Below are positions 1 to 10,213 of a DNA stretch of 64,000 nucleotides, piece after piece. Position numbers and translations under genes: made by a program. The stretch covers positions 88,855 to 152,854 of the forward strand of contig CAVYKX010000017.1 of the NCBI GenBank assembly GCA_963769215.1, written 5' to 3'. The stretch's first letter is position 1. Every line of letters starts with the position of its first letter. Source of the stretch: Candidatus Sulfomarinibacteraceae bacterium. GTDB lineage: Bacteria > Acidobacteriota > Thermoanaerobaculia > Thermoanaerobaculales > Sulfomarinibacteraceae. The notes under the pieces were generated by a model. It did not search any database, had not been told where the DNA came from, and saw only the letters and a list, made by a program, of their open reading frames with translations.

Positions 1-990
1 CGCGACTGCGTCTTCAGCGAAGCGCTGATAGGCGACGCGCATGCTCTGAAAGTACCCGCCCGGAAGGGTGATTCCGGCCGAGCACAGGATTCGCAGGAGG
101 TGCTTGACGATGTCGATCGCCATGCGGTGCAACCCGCCGGTCGGATCATCCGGCGAGAGGGGCTGGTGCTTGTGCTCGAATTGATCGGCGATGTCCACCT
201 GGCAAATGCGGCGCGGCGATCGTTGGCGGAGCACCTCGAACAGCAGGCCCACCTCGAGGCCCCAATCGCTCGGAATACGAATGTGGCGCAGGAGGTCCGC
301 GGAGAAAGCGAGCTCGCCTGCGAGCGGATAGCGGAAGGCGGACAGGTAGGAGATGAAGTCTGTACGGCCCACAGTGGTTTCAACGGCCTGCAGTAGCGGC
401 CGCATCAGGAGCCGCGTGACCCGGCCGTTGAGCCGGTCTCTATACCGCGCATAGTACGCCTTGCAGAAGTCGAACGACAGCAACGGATCGAACACGGGAT
501 AGACGAGGTTCGTGAGCTGCGACCGGTCATAGTTCACGACATCGGCGTCGTGGAAGGCGACGACTTGGGCGCGTCCCTCGGAGAGCACGAAGCCGATGGC
601 CATCCAGACAGCGCGGCCCTTGCCGCGCTGGGTGACGGCGGCAAAACGATCCGCCATCTGGTTACGAACCGCCAGGATCGACGGCGCGTGGTTCCACAAC
701 ACGACGGTCCGGTGACCGACCTCGCGGAAGTAGTCGAGGGCGCGGTGATAACCGTCCTGATCGGCGCGATCCAGTGAAACCACGACGGTATCGATGTAGG
801 GCGCCTTACGGATCTCGCGGACCATCCCCGCCAACGCCGGTTCGTCGAGTTCGGTGATCAACGAGGGGATGATCAGGATGAGGGGCCTGGATCGAGCAAA
901 GTCCACAAGGTCGCGTTCGCGCCGCTCCACGTCCGGTCCCACCAGCCGAGGCAGGGTGGTGATTGGACCGCGTTGGTGAAAGTCGGTCAC
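1..990 (-). CDS. Glucosyl-3-phosphoglycerate synthase-like GT2 glycosyltransferase (3' end runs off the window)
   Basis: Not in the ORF track; translated by hand. GTG at 990 with GGAG upstream gives MTDFHQRGPITTL...LIIPSLITEL...GKGRAVWMAIG...FHDADV...FCKAYYAR...GRVTRL...RYPLAGE...DWGLEVG...HKHQ, with no stop before position 1. Confidence 0.85.
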   Translation of the reverse strand, partial: MTDFHQRGPITTLPRLVGPDVERRERDLVDFARSRPLILIIPSLITELDEPALAGMVREIRKAPYIDTVVVSLDRADQDGYHRALDYFREVGHRTVVLWNHAPSILAVRNQMADRFAAVTQRGKGRAVWMAIGFVLSEGRAQVVAFHDADVVNYDRSQLTNLVYPVFDPLLSFDFCKAYYARYRDRLNGRVTRLLMRPLLQAVETTVGRTDFISYLSAFRYPLAGELAFSADLLRHIRIPSDWGLEVGLLFEVLRQRSPRRICQVDIADQFEHKHQPLSPDDPTGGLHRMAIDIVKHLLRILCSAGITLPGGYFQSMRVAYQRFAEDAVA

Positions 991-1165
991 CCAATGCTCC
1001 GCAATCTCTCGATGTTGACAACTGATCAGGTGTCTCTATCTCAAAATATAGGGGCCTGAGTTGGGATTGTCAATTCCCGAAACCTCAGTCAGGCTTCGTG
1101 CTACACGCGCAGTGCGTTCGTCACTGGACAGGGACCATCAGAAGCGCCTCCGAAGCTGCGACGGA

Positions 1166-1819
1166 TCAAAAACTGTATGTGATTCCAACACTGAACGAAA
1201 AAACGTTGAAGTCAAAAGTCGCGGTGTTTTCCTGTGTGATTTCGAGGTCCGACCAGATGTAGCGGAGCCCGCCGAATGCCGCCCAGTTGCTGTTTTTGCC
1301 GAGTGCGATTCCGAGACCGGCTTTGGCGGAATAGGTGAGATCATTGCCGACCTCGAGGTCCAGTGAATCTCCGTCTGGTTCGATGTAGTGAAGGTTTCCG
1401 TAACCCATGCTGGCGGCTCCTGCGCCCAGAAAGAGGTCGAACGACGGGCTGTTGGGTGTCAGATGGAAGTTGAGGTCGAGGGTGATGGCCCGGGTGGACA
1501 TCGAGTCCGTCATCGAGATGTCACCATAGCCAGGAATATCGTCGGCGCTCAACTCGATCGTCGGGCTTGCCTGCATGTATCCCAACTCGAGTCCGAGGAG
1601 GTTGCTGAACTGATACTCGAGGCTGGCGCCGAAACCGAGATCGGAATCGGCCCTGACCCTGACCTCATCCGGATTCTCGGCGGGCACCATCCGGTCGAGG
1701 CTCGGGTCGAAGCCTGCTGCGAAGATTCTGAGGTTCCATCCTTTTTCGCCGGCATCTGCCGTTGGCGTCAACGCCAGGGACAACGCGAGAATCCCCATCA
1801 AAACTATTGTTCGTTTCAT
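1166..1819 (-). CDS. OmpW-like outer-membrane beta-barrel protein
   Basis: Signal peptide MKRTIVLMGILALSLALTPTADA, alternating beta-strand pattern, C-terminal ...VGITYSF, GGAGG RBS. Confidence 0.75.
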   Translation of the reverse strand: MKRTIVLMGILALSLALTPTADAGEKGWNLRIFAAGFDPSLDRMVPAENPDEVRVRADSDLGFGASLEYQFSNLLGLELGYMQASPTIELSADDIPGYGDISMTDSMSTRAITLDLNFHLTPNSPSFDLFLGAGAASMGYGNLHYIEPDGDSLDLEVGNDLTYSAKAGLGIALGKNSNWAAFGGLRYIWSDLEITQENTATFDFNVFSFSVGITYSF

Positions 1820-1860
1820 GTTTGCCTCCGGTATTTCTTCAAATTTCGATCTCCACCCGG

Positions 1861-1890
1861 TAACGCGGATTCGCGTCAGAAACCCCGCAA
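1861..1890 (-). promoter_or_regulatory. Candidate ECF-sigma-dependent promoter for the barrel gene
   Basis: TTGCGGGGTTTCTGACGCGAATCCGCGTTA lies about 40 nt upstream of the barrel start, next to a divergent ECF gene. The assignment is inference. Confidence 0.3.
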
Positions 1891-2000
1891 CTCTGAAACG
1901 GTCCGGTGATCGAGCGCGTATGAACCTAAGGGGCACGAGTGATTTCGTGGCAACTCCCATAAAATGGCCCGAGAGCGGAGCTGACGGGTGGAGGCGGGGC

Positions 2001-2597
2001 GTGGACAGCGATTCAAAAAAACGCGTGACGGAGATCATCTCGGGCCTGAGCGGCGCCGGAGATGTCGATCGCGCCACAGCGGAGGAGCTGTTTCCGGTCG
2101 TTTATGACGAGCTGCGCCGACTCGCGAGGGGTTATATGATCCGGGAAACCCCGGGCCACACCCTGCAGCCGACCGCGCTGGTGCACGAGGCCTATCTCAA
2201 GCTGGTCGACCAGACCCGGGCCAACTGGAAGGGTAAGACTCATTTCTACGCCGTCGGCGCCAGGGTCATGCGCCGTCTGTTGGTCGACCATGCGCGCGAA
2301 CGAGGGGCTTTGAAAAGAGGTGCCGGGTGGCAGAACGTGACCCTGTCCGACGCCCTTCGACCGTTGGGTGGGGAAGTTCTCGATCCAGCGCAGCTGCTTG
2401 ATCTCAATACGGCCCTCGAGCAACTGGCCGAAATCGACGAGCGCGAAGCAAAGGTCGTGACGCTGCGTTTCTTCGGAGGGTTGACGGTGGAGCAGGTTGC
2501 CGAGGTGGTCGGCGTGTCCAAAAGAACCGTCGAGAACGATTGGCGCCACGCCCAGGCGTGGCTGCGCCTCAGACTGTCGGAGGCGGGCTCGTCATGA
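2001..2597 (+). CDS. ECF sigma factor, kinase-associated TIGR02999/ECF43-like
   Basis: LFPVVYDELRRLA, HTLQPTALVHEAYLKL, LRFFGGLTVEQVAEVVGVSKRTVENDW; GGAGG before GTG 2001; ATGA overlap with the kinase. Confidence 0.9.
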   Translation: MDSDSKKRVTEIISGLSGAGDVDRATAEELFPVVYDELRRLARGYMIRETPGHTLQPTALVHEAYLKLVDQTRANWKGKTHFYAVGARVMRRLLVDHARERGALKRGAGWQNVTLSDALRPLGGEVLDPAQLLDLNTALEQLAEIDEREAKVVTLRFFGGLTVEQVAEVVGVSKRTVENDWRHAQAWLRLRLSEAGSS

Positions 2598-5207
2598 CCA
2601 CCCAACGTCACCGGAGGGCCAAGGAGATCTTTCTGAAAGCCTGCGAGTTGCCGGGCGATGAGCGAGCGCCGTACCTCGAGCAGGCATGCGAGGGCGACGC
2701 CGAACTCCTGGGCGAAGTTGAGGCCCTGTTGGATTTCGATTGCGCGGCGGCTGATCCGTCGGGAAAAAGACGTCCACCAGAGCGAATCGGCAACTTCCAC
2801 CTGCTCCAGAAGCTCGGTGAGGGTGGGATGGGTGAGGTCTGGGAGGCTGAGCAGGAGCGACCGGTGCGACGCAGGGTGGCCTTCAAACTGATCAAGTGGG
2901 GGATGGACACCAAGGAAGTCCTGGCCCGATTCGAATCCGAACGCCAGGCCCTGGCCCTCATGAATCACCCCAACATCGCCAAGGCTTACGAGGCAGGTTC
3001 GACCGCCGAGGGCCGCCCGTTCTTCGCCATGGAATATGTCAGGGGGGTGCCGCTGACCGAGTATTGCGATGCCCAGCGGTTGAGCACCCAGGAACGGTTG
3101 AATCTCTTCATGCTGGTCTGCGATGGCGTTCAGCACGCTCACCAGAAGGGAGTCATTCACCGAGACATCAAACCGTCGAATATTCTCGTGGCGGTCGAAG
3201 ATGGCCGGCCGGTTCCCAAGATCATCGACTTCGGTGTCGCCAAGGCGACCTCTCAGCGTCTCACCGAACGCACCCTCTTCACCGAGCTCGGACAGTGGAT
3301 CGGCACACCCGAGTACATGAGCCCGGAACAGGCGGAACTCACCGGCCTCGATGTCGACACCAGATCCGATGTCTACTCTCTCGGCGTCGTGCTGTATGAG
3401 TTGTTGGCTGGATCGCAACCCTTCGATTCAGAAGAACTGCGGACTGCAGGCTTTGACGAGATGCGTCGGCGTATTCGTGAGGAGGAACCGCCCCGGCCGA
3501 GCACCAGGGTCTCGAGTCTCGGCAATGCGTCGCAGAATGCGGCCGAACGACGTTGCACGGACATCCAGGGCTTGGCCCGGACCCTGCGCGGTGACCTCGA
3601 CTGGATCGTCATGAAGGCGCTGGAGAAAGACCGGACGCGTCGGTATGGCTCGCCGTCCGAACTGGCTGCGGACGTGGCGAGGTATTTACGTGACGAACCC
3701 GTCGAGGCGAGCCCGCCGAGCACCGCCTACAGGGTGCGAAAATTCGTCAGTCGTCACACGGCGGGCGTAGCTGCAGCCTTGTTGGTTTTGACGGCCGTAT
3801 TGGCCGGAGTGATCGGCACGGCGGTCGGGTTCGTGAAGGCGCGCAATGAGGCAGAGACCGCTCGCAGAGTGTCGGAGCTGCTGGTCGGCGTCTTTGCGGA
3901 TCTCGATCCAGAAGCTCAGATGGGTCAGATTTCGTCGATCTCGGCGATGCTTGACCGGGGTGTGGAGAGGATTCGGAGCGAACTCACCGACCAGCCGTTG
4001 GTGCGTGCACGGCTCTTGAGTACAGTCGGCAACGCGTACCGGAATCTCGGCCGGTCCGACGAGGCGAGGCCGCTGCTCGAGGAGGCCCTCCACCTCCGTA
4101 AGGAACATCTTGGTGCCGCCCACCCGGATGTGGCGGAAAGCTGCGTTTCCCTAGGATGGCTCGAATACTGGATTGCTGACTATGAGGAAGCGCGGGGACT
4201 TTTCGAGAGGGCAGCGGGGGTCTACGAGCAGACTCTGGGCCCGGGCCACTGGACGGTCGCTTCGAGTCTCGGCTTCTCTGGTGGTGCCAGTTTACGAATA
4301 GGTGAATACGAGACTGCGCGTGCGTCGTTCGAGCGCTCGATGGAGATCCTCCGCGCCGGTGGGTTGGAGGACGATCCGATCGTCGTCCACACGACCTGGC
4401 CCTACGCCGCAATGCTCATGGATGTTGCCGATTACGGGGCTGCGGAAGAACTGCTCGAGCATGCGTTGGGGTTGTATGAGGAGAGGTTCGGACCCGATCA
4501 TCCGTTGGTTGGGGGGCTTCTTGCTGCGCTTGGCCGCTGCAGTCTGGAGACCCTTCGCCTCGATCAGGCACGATCCCTTTTCGAGCGCGCCATCCAGATC
4601 CAGGAAGAAGCTCTCGGTCCCGATCACCCCAATCTGATTTTCCCACTGACTCAGTTGGCGGAAATCGATCGACGCCAGCGGAACCTCGATCAAGCCGCAG
4701 AAGGGTACGAGCGCGCCCTGGAAATCGGTGAGCGGACGCTCGGACCTGAACATCCTGATCTCCTCTGGGCCCTGGGGACGTATGCGTTGCTTTTAGCCAA
4801 TCGTGGTGATGTCGAAGGTGCACGCGAGAACCTCGACCGAGCTCTGAAGATCGCGGAGGAATCTCACGGATCCAAACATCTGGGTGTGGCCCGGACCCTC
4901 GAGCTGTTCGGTTTTCACCACTACCAGAAGAGGGGAGTACGACGAAGCCCTGCAGTGGTATCGACGTGGCCTGGCAATTCGGGAGGAGATATTCGGCTCC
5001 AACCATCCTTCGTCCGGTTGGAACCTCTATGACCAGGCCTGCATGCTTGCGTTGAGCGGTGACGGCGATGCCGCGCTGGCCACCTTGTATCGCGCCCTCG
5101 AGGTCGGGTGGGCGAACAACCGGATCTTCGAAGACGATGACTTCGACTCGTTACGCGGAACACCGGAGTTCGAGGCCCTCCTGGAAGAGGTGAGGGCCAG
5201 ACTTTAG
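2594..5207 (+). CDS. Membrane Ser/Thr protein kinase with extracytoplasmic TPR repeats (frameshift near 4930)
   Basis: LGEGGMGEV, VAFK, HRDIKPSN, DFG and GTPEYMSPE motifs, one TM helix, TPR repeats. C-terminus continues in ORF 4884..5207 (YDQACMLA...DDDFDSLRG). Confidence 0.9.
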
Positions 5208-5228
5208 GAAGCGACGAAGTCGGAGAAA

Positions 5229-5287
5229 CCGCAGATATCGCAGATAGAGCGCAGATGCAGGACAGAATTATCTGCGTGATTTGCGAG
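5229..5287. repeat. CGCAGAT-type 9-10-mer repeats with inverted counterpart
   Basis: cgcagatat cgcagatagag cgcagat ... atctgcgtg atttgcg. Confidence 0.65.
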
Positions 5288-5375
5288 CTTTTCCTGGGTG
5301 GCGTGGATCCAGCATCCAGTATCAAAAAATGGCACCTCCGAGGAGCGCGGCGTTTTCCGATCGCCTCCGTGGCAG

Positions 5376-5418
5376 GGGTGGGCGGAAATCCGAATTCCGA
5401 ATTCCGAATTCCGAAATT
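5376..5418 (+). repeat. GGGTGGGCGG anchor plus AATTCCG heptamer array
   Basis: gggtgggcgg aaatccg aattccg aattccg aattccg aaatt. Confidence 0.9.
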
Positions 5419-5419
5419 G

Positions 5420-5448
5420 AAAAAAGGGCGGCCGAGGCCGCCCTTTTT
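5420..5448. terminator. Bidirectional intrinsic terminator
   Basis: aaaaaagggcggcc ga ggccgccctttttg between convergent genes. Confidence 0.85.
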
Positions 5449-5465
5449 GTTGTGATCGGTACGAG

Positions 5466-6455
5466 CTACTGCTGCCAGCTATCCAGCATCTTCATGTAGT
5501 TGGCGCGGGTCAGCTTGGCGGCATCCGGGACCTTGGCCATGTTCATCGAACCCTGCATCTGCCGCAGCGACTCGTACTCATGCTCGGTGAGCCAGAACTC
5601 GATCGCCTCGAGCGTACGGGTGATGTGTTCGGGTCCGTGGATCAACAGCGCGGAAACCATCTGCACCGAGTGGGCGCCGGTCATCACAGCCTTGATGACG
5701 TCAACGGCATTGTGTGCGCCGCCGGTGGCCGAGAGGGAGAGTCCGACCTGGCACGAGAGAATCGCCAGCCAGCGGAGCCGCATCCGCAGCTCGTCAGCGG
5801 TCGAAAGGCGAAGGTTGGGGACGACATCGAGCTCCTCGATGTCAAGGTCCGGCTGATAGAAACGGTTGAAGAGAACGAGGCCGTCTGCACCCTTTTCTTC
5901 GAGCTGTTTCGCCAGATTGGCCAGCGAGGAGTAGAACGGTGAGAGCTTGACTGCGACCGGGACAGACACCGCCTCTTTGACCGCAGCGACGATATCGATG
6001 GTCCGCTGCTCGACCGCTGCGCCGGTCTCGTTGGCGTTCGTGGCCAGGTAGTAGGTGTTCAGTTCGATGGCGTCAGCACCTGCGGCCGCCATTTTTTCGG
6101 CGTACCGGGTCCATCCGCCCGGCGAGGTGCCGTTGAGGGACGCGATGACCGGAATCGATACTGCTTCCTTGGCGGCGCCAAGGTGGTCCAGATACTGGTC
6201 CGGACCGACGTGGTATCCGTCGGGGTTTGGGATATAGGAGGAAGCCTCGGCAAAACCGGCGCCCGCCGATTCCATCTCCATCTGCGCCCGGGCGGCGCCC
6301 ATGATTTCCTCCTCGAAGAGCGACGGCAGCACGATCGCTGCTGCGCCGGCGTCTTCGAGGTGGCGAACGGTGTCCAGATTGGCGCCAAGGGGGCAGGAAC
6401 CGCTGATGATCGGGTTTTTGAGCTCGAGTCCGAGATAGGTGGTCTTGAGGTCCAT
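5466..6455 (-). CDS. Dihydroorotate dehydrogenase-like flavoprotein (PFOR-associated)
   Basis: MDLKTTYLGLELKNP, SLFEEEI, ELNTYY, KLSPFYS, FNRFYQPD; starts 11 nt after the PFOR stop with a GAGGGAGG RBS. Confidence 0.88.
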   Translation of the reverse strand: MDLKTTYLGLELKNPIISGSCPLGANLDTVRHLEDAGAAAIVLPSLFEEEIMGAARAQMEMESAGAGFAEASSYIPNPDGYHVGPDQYLDHLGAAKEAVSIPVIASLNGTSPGGWTRYAEKMAAAGADAIELNTYYLATNANETGAAVEQRTIDIVAAVKEAVSVPVAVKLSPFYSSLANLAKQLEEKGADGLVLFNRFYQPDLDIEELDVVPNLRLSTADELRMRLRWLAILSCQVGLSLSATGGAHNAVDVIKAVMTGAHSVQMVSALLIHGPEHITRTLEAIEFWLTEHEYESLRQMQGSMNMAKVPDAAKLTRANYMKMLDSWQQ

Positions 6456-6466
6456 CGTTCCCTCCC

Positions 6467-9400
6467 TCAATTGGTTTCGGCGTCGGAATCGCCGTAATGG
6501 AGATTGGCCAGCTGCTGGTACATCTGGTACTTGGCCTGGACGTTTCGCTGGGCTTCCTCGAGGAGGCGCTTCGATCGCTCGGGGTTCGTCTTCATGAGCA
6601 TCCGGAAACGCGTCTCGGAAAGAGCCCACTCGTCGAAGGAGATTTTCGGCGCTCTCGAGTCGAGCTTGAGCGGGTTCTCACCCATGGCCGTGCGACGCGG
6701 GTCGAAGCGGTACATGGGCCAGGCGCCGCATTCCACCACCGCCTTCTGGTGATCGAGGCCGTCGGCGAGGTTGTAGCCGTGGGCGATGCAGTGGGAGTAG
6801 GCGATGATGATCGAGGGCCCGTCGTAGGACTCCGCTTCGAGGAACGCGCGAACTGTCTGGCTGTCCTTGGCGCCGAAGGCCACCGAAGCGACATAGACGT
6901 GGCCATAGGCCATGGCCATCATTCCCAGGTCCTTGGCGGGGATCTCCTTGCCGCCCATTGCGAACTTGGCGGTGGCGCCGAGAGGCGTCGCCTTCGAAGC
7001 CTGTCCGCCGGTGTTGGAGTACACGCCGGTGTCGAGCACCAGGAGGTTGACGTTGCGGCCGATGCCGAGGGTGTGGTCGAGACCGCCGTAGCCGATGTCG
7101 TAGGCCCAGCCGTCACCACCGACCGCCCAGACGCTCTTGCGAACCAGATAATCGGCGACGTGGGCGAGGGTCTTCGCGTCGGGGCTGTCTGAGCCTTCGA
7201 GCTTCGCGCGCAGGGCTTCCACCCGGGAACGCTGGGCGGCGATCCCTTCTTCGTCTGTCTGGTCGGCGAGTAGGATCTCGTCCACCATTTGGTCTCCAAC
7301 GTGCCCCGCCAGGTTCTTGAGGAGGCGCCGCGCGGCGGCCTCGGTCTGGTCGATGGCGAGCCGGAAACCGAGCGAGAATTCGGCGGCGTCCTCGAACAAT
7401 GAGTTGTTCCACGCCGGGCCGCGTCCGGCGGCGTCTTCCGCGTACGGGGTCGTCGGCAGGTTGCCGCCGTAGATCGACGAGCAGCCGGTTGCGTTACCGA
7501 TCAGAAGCCGGTCACCGAAGAGCTGGGTGAGGAGCTTGACGTACGGAGTCTCGCCGCAGCCCTCGCACGCTCCCGAGTACTCGAAGAGCGGCTGGAAGAA
7601 CTGCGAGCCCTTGACGTCGATCTTGACCTTGGTGCGGTCGACTTCGGGCAGGTCGAGGAAGAATGCGTAGTTCTCGCGCTCCTGTTCTCTGAGAGGCATC
7701 TGCAAGGTCATGTCGAGGGCCTTGTGCTTCGGGTTCGACTTGTCCTTGGCCGGACATACCCGGACACAGAGGGTGCATCCGGTGCAGTCTTCCGGGGCCA
7801 CCTGCAGGGAATACTTGGAGCCGGCAAAGTCCTTGGCCTTGTAATCAACCGCTTTGAAGGTCTCGGGCGCACCGTCCAGTTTGGCGGGGTCGTAGACCTT
7901 GGCCCGGATTGCGGCGTGCGGACAGACCATGACGCACTTGTTGCACTGAATGCAGAGCTCCTCGTCCCACACCGGAATGTCGATGGCGATGTTCCGCTTC
8001 TCCCACTGCGTTGTGGAGAGCGGCCAGGTGCCGTCGGGCGGAAACGCGCTGACCGGCAGCAGGTCGCCCTTGCCTTCCAGCATGAGAGCAGTGACTCTTT
8101 TGACCAGGTCGGGGGCCTCATCGGAGACTGTCGGCGGGCGCTCAAAGGTCGCGCTGACCGCGTCCGGCACATTCACCTCGTGGAGGTTGGCTAGCGTTCC
8201 GTCGACCGCGTTGAAGTTGAGCTGGACGATCTCATCGCCCTTGGCGCCATAGGTCTTCTTGATAGCGTTTTTGATCTTTTCGATCGCTTCGTCGCGAGGC
8301 AGGATGCCCGAGATGGCGAAGAAGCAGGTCTGCATGATGGTATTGGTGCGGCGGCCCATGCCGGTCTCGCGGGCCACCTCGGTGGCGTCGATGGAGTAGA
8401 CCTTGAGATGCTTCTCGATGATGTCCTGCTGGACCTCACGGGGGAAGTGGTCCCAGATCTCGTCAGGGCCGAAGGGCGAGTTGACGAGGAAGGTGCCGCC
8501 CTCCTCTGCGTAGCCGAGCATGTCGAGTTTCTCGATGAAGACCCACTGATGGCATGCCACGAACTTGGCTTTCCGGATCAGGTAGGACGATCGGATCGGA
8601 TCAGGCCCGAAACGGAGATGGGAGACGGTCACAGCGCCGGCCTTCTTCGAGTCGTAGACGAAGTAGCCCTGTGCGAAGTTGTCGGTCTCCTCGCCGATGA
8701 TCTTGATCGAGTTTTTGTTGGCGCCAACGGTGCCGTCCGAGCCGAGGCCGTAGAAGAGCCCGCGGAAGACGTCGTCGCCGGCGATCGTGAACTCGTCGTC
8801 CATCGGAAGCGAGGTATGGCTGATGTCGTCGACGATGCCGATTGTGAAGTGATTCTTCGGTTTGTCGGCAGCGAGGTTGTCGTAAATCGACTTGACCATC
8901 GTGTCGTTGAACTCTTTCGACGACAGCCCGTACCGTCCGCCGACGACCACCGGCTCCTCGTCGAAGCGGCTGGTTCCAGTGGTTCGCGACTCGTGGAGTG
9001 CGGTAATAACGTCGAGATAGAGGGGCTCGCCGATCGAGCCGGGCTCCTTGGTGCGGTCCATGACCGCCAGTTTCTTTGTGGTTTTCGGCAGTGCGGCAAT
9101 GAAATGACTGGCGGAGAAGGGACGGTAGAGTCTGACCTTGAGGACGCCGACTTTCTCGCCGCGCGCATTGAGCCAATCCACCATTTCGTGGACCGCCTCG
9201 GCACCCGAGCCCATGATCACAACGACGCGTTCAGCTTCTGGGTCTCCGATGTAGTCGAAGAGGTGGTACTTGCGTCCAATCTGTTTGCCGAAGGCTTCCA
9301 TGGCGTCGGCTACGTGGCCTGCACAGGCTTCGTAGAACGGGTTGATGGCCTCGCGGGCCTGGAAGAAGGTGTCCGGGTTCTGCGAGGTGCCGCGGACCAC

Positions 9401-10042
9401 GGGGCGGTCGGGCGACAGCGCACGGTCGCGGTGGGCGCGGATGAGATCGTCATCGATCAGGGCGCGCAGATCGTCGTCTTCCAGATACTCGATCTTGGAA
9501 ACCTCGTGAGAGGTGCGGAATCCGTCGAAGAAGTGGACGAAGGGGATCCGGCTCGAGAGGGTTGCCATCTGGGCGATGCACGCCATGTCGTGCGCCTCCT
9601 GGACGGGTCCTGAAGCCAGCAGGCCCCATCCGGTCTGACGGACAGCGTTGATGTCCGAGTGGTCGCCGAAGATCGAGAGAGCATGGGTGGCCAGAGTTCG
9701 GGCCGACACGTGAAAGACTGCCGATGTGAGTTCGCCGGCGATCTTGTACATGCTCGGGATCATGAGGAGCAGTCCTTGAGAAGCGGTGAAGGTCGTGGTC
9801 AAGGCGCCCGCTTGGAGCGAACCGTGGACCGCCGCCGAGGCGCCGCCCTCGGACTGCATCTCGATCACGTCAGGGACTACACCCCAGATGTTGGTCTTAC
9901 CCTGAGCCGACCACTCGTCCGCGAACTCGCCCATATTGGATGAGGGGGTGATCGGGTAGATGGCGCAGACATCGTTGATGCGGTGCGCCACCGATGCTGT
10001 GGCTTCATTGCCGTCAATCATTACGGTTCGTTTTTCTGTCAT
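6467..10042 (-). CDS. nifJ: Pyruvate:ferredoxin (flavodoxin) oxidoreductase
   Basis: 1191 aa; YPITPSS, two CxxCxxCxxxCP ferredoxin motifs, GACEGCGE, GGDGWAYDIG TPP motif. Confidence 0.97.
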   Translation of the reverse strand: MTEKRTVMIDGNEATASVAHRINDVCAIYPITPSSNMGEFADEWSAQGKTNIWGVVPDVIEMQSEGGASAAVHGSLQAGALTTTFTASQGLLLMIPSMYKIAGELTSAVFHVSARTLATHALSIFGDHSDINAVRQTGWGLLASGPVQEAHDMACIAQMATLSSRIPFVHFFDGFRTSHEVSKIEYLEDDDLRALIDDDLIRAHRDRALSPDRPVVRGTSQNPDTFFQAREAINPFYEACAGHVADAMEAFGKQIGRKYHLFDYIGDPEAERVVVIMGSGAEAVHEMVDWLNARGEKVGVLKVRLYRPFSASHFIAALPKTTKKLAVMDRTKEPGSIGEPLYLDVITALHESRTTGTSRFDEEPVVVGGRYGLSSKEFNDTMVKSIYDNLAADKPKNHFTIGIVDDISHTSLPMDDEFTIAGDDVFRGLFYGLGSDGTVGANKNSIKIIGEETDNFAQGYFVYDSKKAGAVTVSHLRFGPDPIRSSYLIRKAKFVACHQWVFIEKLDMLGYAEEGGTFLVNSPFGPDEIWDHFPREVQQDIIEKHLKVYSIDATEVARETGMGRRTNTIMQTCFFAISGILPRDEAIEKIKNAIKKTYGAKGDEIVQLNFNAVDGTLANLHEVNVPDAVSATFERPPTVSDEAPDLVKRVTALMLEGKGDLLPVSAFPPDGTWPLSTTQWEKRNIAIDIPVWDEELCIQCNKCVMVCPHAAIRAKVYDPAKLDGAPETFKAVDYKAKDFAGSKYSLQVAPEDCTGCTLCVRVCPAKDKSNPKHKALDMTLQMPLREQERENYAFFLDLPEVDRTKVKIDVKGSQFFQPLFEYSGACEGCGETPYVKLLTQLFGDRLLIGNATGCSSIYGGNLPTTPYAEDAAGRGPAWNNSLFEDAAEFSLGFRLAIDQTEAAARRLLKNLAGHVGDQMVDEILLADQTDEEGIAAQRSRVEALRAKLEGSDSPDAKTLAHVADYLVRKSVWAVGGDGWAYDIGYGGLDHTLGIGRNVNLLVLDTGVYSNTGGQASKATPLGATAKFAMGGKEIPAKDLGMMAMAYGHVYVASVAFGAKDSQTVRAFLEAESYDGPSIIIAYSHCIAHGYNLADGLDHQKAVVECGAWPMYRFDPRRTAMGENPLKLDSRAPKISFDEWALSETRFRMLMKTNPERSKRLLEEAQRNVQAKYQMYQQLANLHYGDSDAETN

Positions 10043-10119
10043 GGAAAACCTCCGCGGGATTGGACTTCAGACAGCCCATCCGGCCGTTCGTGGGATGAAA
10101 TCCACGCAGCGCTCACGCC

Positions 10120-10137
10120 ACGTGAACAAATTCACAA
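10120..10137. promoter_or_regulatory. Rex-like operator upstream of nifJ
   Basis: ACGTGAA-CAAA-TTCACAA matches 12 of 14 specified positions of TTGTGAA-N4-TTCACAA. Confidence 0.6.
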
Positions 10138-10213
10138 CGTGTAGGATAAACCCGGATCCGTCTGGAGGCAAGAACAAATCTGCGAGCTGTCACCTCGCAC
10201 GATGCTGCGCAAC

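Noticed and set aside
5255-5499. Small ORFs containing SEFRIPNSE-like peptides (also near 13005, 24901 and 50234)
   Set aside because: They are translations of the heptamer arrays, not proteins.
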